A stretch of DNA of 64,000 nt from Lophium mytilinum (Eukaryota). Numbering within the stretch: the first letter of the stretch is position 1; the number at the start of each line of letters is the position of its first letter. The position numbers and the translations under genes are program-made. The stretch is taken from NCBI GenBank assembly GCA_010093605.1, contig MU004198.1, forward strand, positions 312,726 through 376,725. Reading direction: 5' to 3'. Below the pieces are notes generated by a model. That model ran no database searches, was not told the DNA's origin, and saw only the letters and a list, made by a program, of their open reading frames with translations. Below, piece after piece: positions 59,989 through 64,000 of this stretch.

Positions 59989-61285
59989 ATGGAGGATCCA
60001 GACGCTGAGGAGATTATGGAACGTTGGATCAAGGCCGACCGGAAAGCGCAGAATGTTGTGATCGCATCATACCTTCGCCTCACCCCGGACGCGATCGAAG
60101 CATATATCACAGGGTCTCGCGAGCCCGAAGATCCGCAAGACGATCACAGGCCATGTTCGCAAGCGGTCCTCGATCTAGCCACTCGACGTGAACTTCGCCA
60201 GTTTATTGGAGAGCTTGAAGACGAGTTGTACGAAAAGGACGCTTTCCTTCGCGCGAAGGATGTTAAGATGTTCGAAGTAAGGGAGAAGATTCGACTGTTT
60301 TCGGAAGCGTTCAGGAATCGGATGGCGGATATGCAGGAGAGTGTGGATAAGATCGAAGAAGAGTTCGCAGATGCGAAAGATTGCAAAAACGACTACAAGG
60401 CTTCCTCACAGGCATCCGAGAAAGAGAATGCTCGGCTGCGCTCCAAAGCTGAAATCAAAGCAACAATCGAGGAGGGATTGCTTCAGACTCTAGACAAGAT
60501 TAGGGAACGGTTCGCTGATAAGAGCGGCAAAGCCTCGGAGCCGTGGGACACCAACTGGGAGGCAAAAAGCCTGCGCTTCTCGTTACAGACGGCACAAAAG
60601 GAAATCTCTCGTTTGCGTGCGGAGGCCGAGACCCGAAAGGATTCTAACCGTGAGCTATGGCAGAAGCTTGAGAGGACCAGGGAGTGGTTTGCGGAGTCTT
60701 TCAGAACGAAGAATTTGCCCCCGCTGGGAGAGATGGTGAGTTACACCCACAGCAACTTTGAGCAGAGCTGACTAGATTTAGCTGCGACAAACAGAGTTCA
60801 GACCCACCGCGGAGACGACGACTGCAGCAATGCGGACTTTAACAACAGATGTAGCCGCCCCAGAGACTTCAAGGTCTAGTGTAGGAAAGATTGCCCAGGG
60901 ATCTGCTGCTGTCAAGGCCAAGGCCCAATCTCTTCCCGAGGCATCTCCCAGCGATGGAAATGTACCCACTGCCAGGTCCGAGCCGACCCTCAAACGGAGA
61001 TCAGTCGATGACACATCATCGTCTGCTACAGCAGCACCGTACCTGAGGATGAGGAATAGTCGAGAGGCGTTGCTAACTGCTTTGTCGCGCTCGAACTCAA
61101 ACAACGACGTCTCTAAGCCAGCTTTGAAACGGAAATCTGTCGCTGACACATCGTCGGCCGCTACAGTCTCACCGCACCTGCGAGCTGAGCGGGCTTCATC
61201 GCTAGCAAGGTCGTCGCGCTTGGGCCATAACAGCGACATCTCGGGTGCTGGCTCAGGAACGAGTGGAAAAAGTGCGGTCCCGTAA
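59989..61285 (+). CDS. Orphan coiled-coil protein with Ser-rich tail, 2 exons
   Basis: ORFs 59989..60771 and 60830..61285 join in frame through intron 60736..60781 (gtgagt...gctgac...tag). Confidence 0.7.
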
Positions 61286-61868
61286 GAATGTGATGGAACT
61301 GCCGAGTCATGAGAGTCTTCGGAGTTTGATGATGGAAGGGATCTCTGTGCGAGGACCCTCTATACTGTCCTCCCTTTCATTGGAGCTACTCGTGTAAGAT
61401 AAAGATACCTTGAGCATGGTAGATCAAGAAATGGCATGCCTCTTAAGCCATTCGTGCGAAGTGCCCAAGAAGAAATGAGAATAGTGATAATGCATATCAC
61501 ATGCTCCCGCTAACTTGCCTACCTTTTCTGAATATTTGAGTTCAAGCTCCCTGAACCGGAACCCGGACTGCGGAAAATACGTTGAACCGCCCTGGACTGG
61601 AAGCGGTGAGCAAGTGCGCGTTCAATTCTTTGAAGCCCTTCACTTACAGCATACGACTCAGGCTCCGACGTGTGCCAGGCATTTAGGACGAATCTTAAAT
61701 TTGCGTCCTAAACGGGTTAGCGCCCGCATCCCGACTTAAGCTTAACTTCAACTCCTCACTTCTCACCACCACATTACCTCTACTCTTTCTCCTACGCTTC
61801 ACCCACAAAGGAAAGGGCGAAGACTGATCTAACGTTGAGGGGATTGCTCTGCCTCGTTCTGACAAGCG

Positions 61869-62925
61869 ATGGCAAGAAAACGCCGCCGTGGCAAGGCCAA
61901 GAAGGCGGAAGAGGCAGGTGAGTTAAGACAATCCCAATAGAATCCAGACACCTGGCTGACAAACACAAGAAGGACCTTCAACTCCTCCACCTGGAGATAG
62001 TTCAAGACCGACAACCGAAGATGATCGCTTTGCACCTGTCGATTATGCCGCCATATCTTCCGAAGCTGATGTGCAGGCCATATATATGGACCTCAGGAAG
62101 CGCGGTGAACGAGCCATGAAAGACCGGTTCGGCCCATATCCCCGTTCCGACGAAGAGTTCAAAGAGCTCTGGGTCGAACAACACACTCGATTCGACAGTC
62201 TGTACAAGTTCCTGCATGTGGTAAACCCGCTCGCGGTAATGGAGTTGACTATCTTATTCTGGACCTTGACGAAGATGATTGGGCATATTGGCGCTGGGCG
62301 GATGAGAGCCAAAATGGAGAACATCAGGCTGTGGGGAAGAGTTGAATACCTTGAAGAGTTTGTAGAGTGGCAAGAAAAGCAGCTTGACCGTCTGTCTACA
62401 GTCAACCATGAAGCCTCACCGCCAGGAGGAGAATCCTTTGAGGGCTTTCAAGGAGGTTCGCGCGACGGAAGTCATGTCACTGAAAATGCGTCTTCAACAA
62501 CACCGCCTCCCATTTTCGATGAGGACGGCCAAGATGCAGCAATAGAGGCGCTGCGACAGGAATTCCAGCACCTCCTACTTTGCCACAACAAACATTCTAC
62601 ACCACCAGACCCCAACGATGTCTCTAACGCGACCGATGGAATCAGTGGTAGCGGTGAGCCTTCTTCAAAAGATGGTCCTTCGACCCACGCAACTCCCGCA
62701 ACGGGGGCAAGCAATGGCGAAAACTCATGCGACAGCCACAGCGGGGTGCGGGATCCGGAAACCATGGAGCCCGAACAGGCCCCTCAAGATGGAAGGAAGC
62801 ATCTACTTGATGACGGAATTTGTGGCATCGGAGTGGAGTCGGACGCAAACCACCATAGTATGCGAGGACTACAGAACTACACCAGTCGCATGATGAAGGC
62901 ATACAACCAGCACAGAAAACTTTGA
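61869..62925 (+). CDS. Orphan protein, 2 exons
   Basis: MARKRRRGKAKK exon and intron 61918..~61969 (gtgagt...gctgac...aag) read in frame into ORF 62071..62925. Confidence 0.65.
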
Positions 62926-63619
62926 GGCCCTCATTTGGCGTAGGATTCCGTTCATACCAATTGAACTGTTTTCAAGATCGAAAACCACGGATCCAGGTAT
63001 AGTATGGCTCGAGATGTAATGTGGTCTTTTGCGTTCTCGTTACATGCTCAAGCGTTCCCTCAAAAGGTACTGCGGGAGGAAGACACGGCGCAATTCTGCG
63101 AAAGCCGAACGGAATGAAAATTGACGAAAGGCTGCGATGAAGCTTGGAAGTGTTTGCTATCGTGTAGCTTCTTCAATGGGAGGTACAGACTAAGGAAGGA
63201 GGAAGAGGAAACTATTTAGGTTTCCTGACTGCCGGACTTTAAGTCTCCATTCTGTGTATCCAAAGCCTTCTTTCCGCTCTACTCTGTCGTGAATGAAACC
63301 TCCTTCTTTACTACATGTCGATTTCGCATGCACTAACCCAACACTACCCGTACTGATTGACCCAGCCTTCCTCTGAGTCGCCGGATCCTTAAGCAGGACA
63401 AGACTCCTAAGCTATGGAGTGTTTAGAAGGATAAAGATGCCTCCTAGGATCCATGTGTTGCAAGACTAACATGCTGCCCAGGTTTCATAGAGCCCGTTGT
63501 AACTAATTCAGCAGTGTCGAGGAAGCGCAAACGAGCCTTCACAGATAGCGCTACACCTACAGCCATCAACACAGCCCGATTCGCGTGCGCTCGTGACCAC
63601 TAGTGCACTATCCGCAACT

Positions 63620-64000
63620 TCATTTGATCCCGACAGCCTGGAGGAACTCATTCTTTCTCCCCGCTCCGTCGACTTCAATGCTCTTGACTAGCTCGCCCAT
63701 TGTCTCTACCTCTTTGACGCCTCTCAGATGTTCAAACTCCCACAGCTGCCCCTCTTCCTCGTAGCGCACCTGGAAAGCTTGCCAGTTTTCCTGCTTCAGC
63801 GTGCTTACGTGATCGTTCACTGCAGACACCGGCCCAGAGAAGATCATGACACCTGGATATCCGGGTTTGGTGATACCTGAGACGCCGGGGATGGCGGGGT
63901 TGAGTGCCATTTTTCGCTTCGAAGTGGCTAAAAGATGATGGAGCCAGATAACGACTGTTTTCGAGCCCGGGATGCGCTCATGTTGCTTCTCGGCCGGCAT
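63620..64000 (-). CDS. RWDD2/DUF1115-like protein, 3' part (continues beyond the window)
   Basis: VIWLHHLLATSKRK...SGITKPGYPGVMIFSG...ENWQ...EVETM matches the DUF1115 pattern. Confidence 0.75.
   Translation of the reverse strand: MPAEKQHERIPGSKTVVIWLHHLLATSKRKMALNPAIPGVSGITKPGYPGVMIFSGPVSAVNDHVSTLKQENWQAFQVRYEEEGQLWEFEHLRGVKEVETMGELVKSIEVDGAGRKNEFLQAVGIK

Noticed and set aside
1..64000. tRNA, rRNA or telomeric repeats
   Set aside because: None recognised by eye; a covariance-model scan would be needed to exclude small ncRNAs.

Overview
Intron-containing genomic DNA from a filamentous ascomycete (inferred from short GT-AG introns with CTRAC branch points, fungal HET/NLR genes and a RIP-like tract). 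Two blocks of conserved housekeeping genes are present: HOT13-like, RPS29, APC13, DUF4211, eIF2B-delta and SAF1-like at 7.7-19.3 kb, and UreD, AIM6, CCDC137-like and TFIIIC Tfc3 at 40-54 kb. Accessory DNA surrounds them. (i) A HET-NACHT-ankyrin NLR lies at 3.1-6.5 kb. (ii) A ~20 kb island (19.5-39.4 kb) holds two decayed genes, a TRI12-like MFS transporter, a decayed subgroup C chitinase, two tandem Cys/His-motif paralogs with conserved non-coding flanks, a 3x162-bp repeat and a ~1600-aa protein with about nine dsRNA-binding-domain-like modules. (iii) A cluster of orphan, mostly coiled-coil genes lies at 55-63 kb. The best candidate for an undescribed system is the co-oriented multi-dsRBD / repeat / zinc-motif paralog locus at 30.9-39.4 kb. 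All family calls come from motif recognition by eye; no searches were run.
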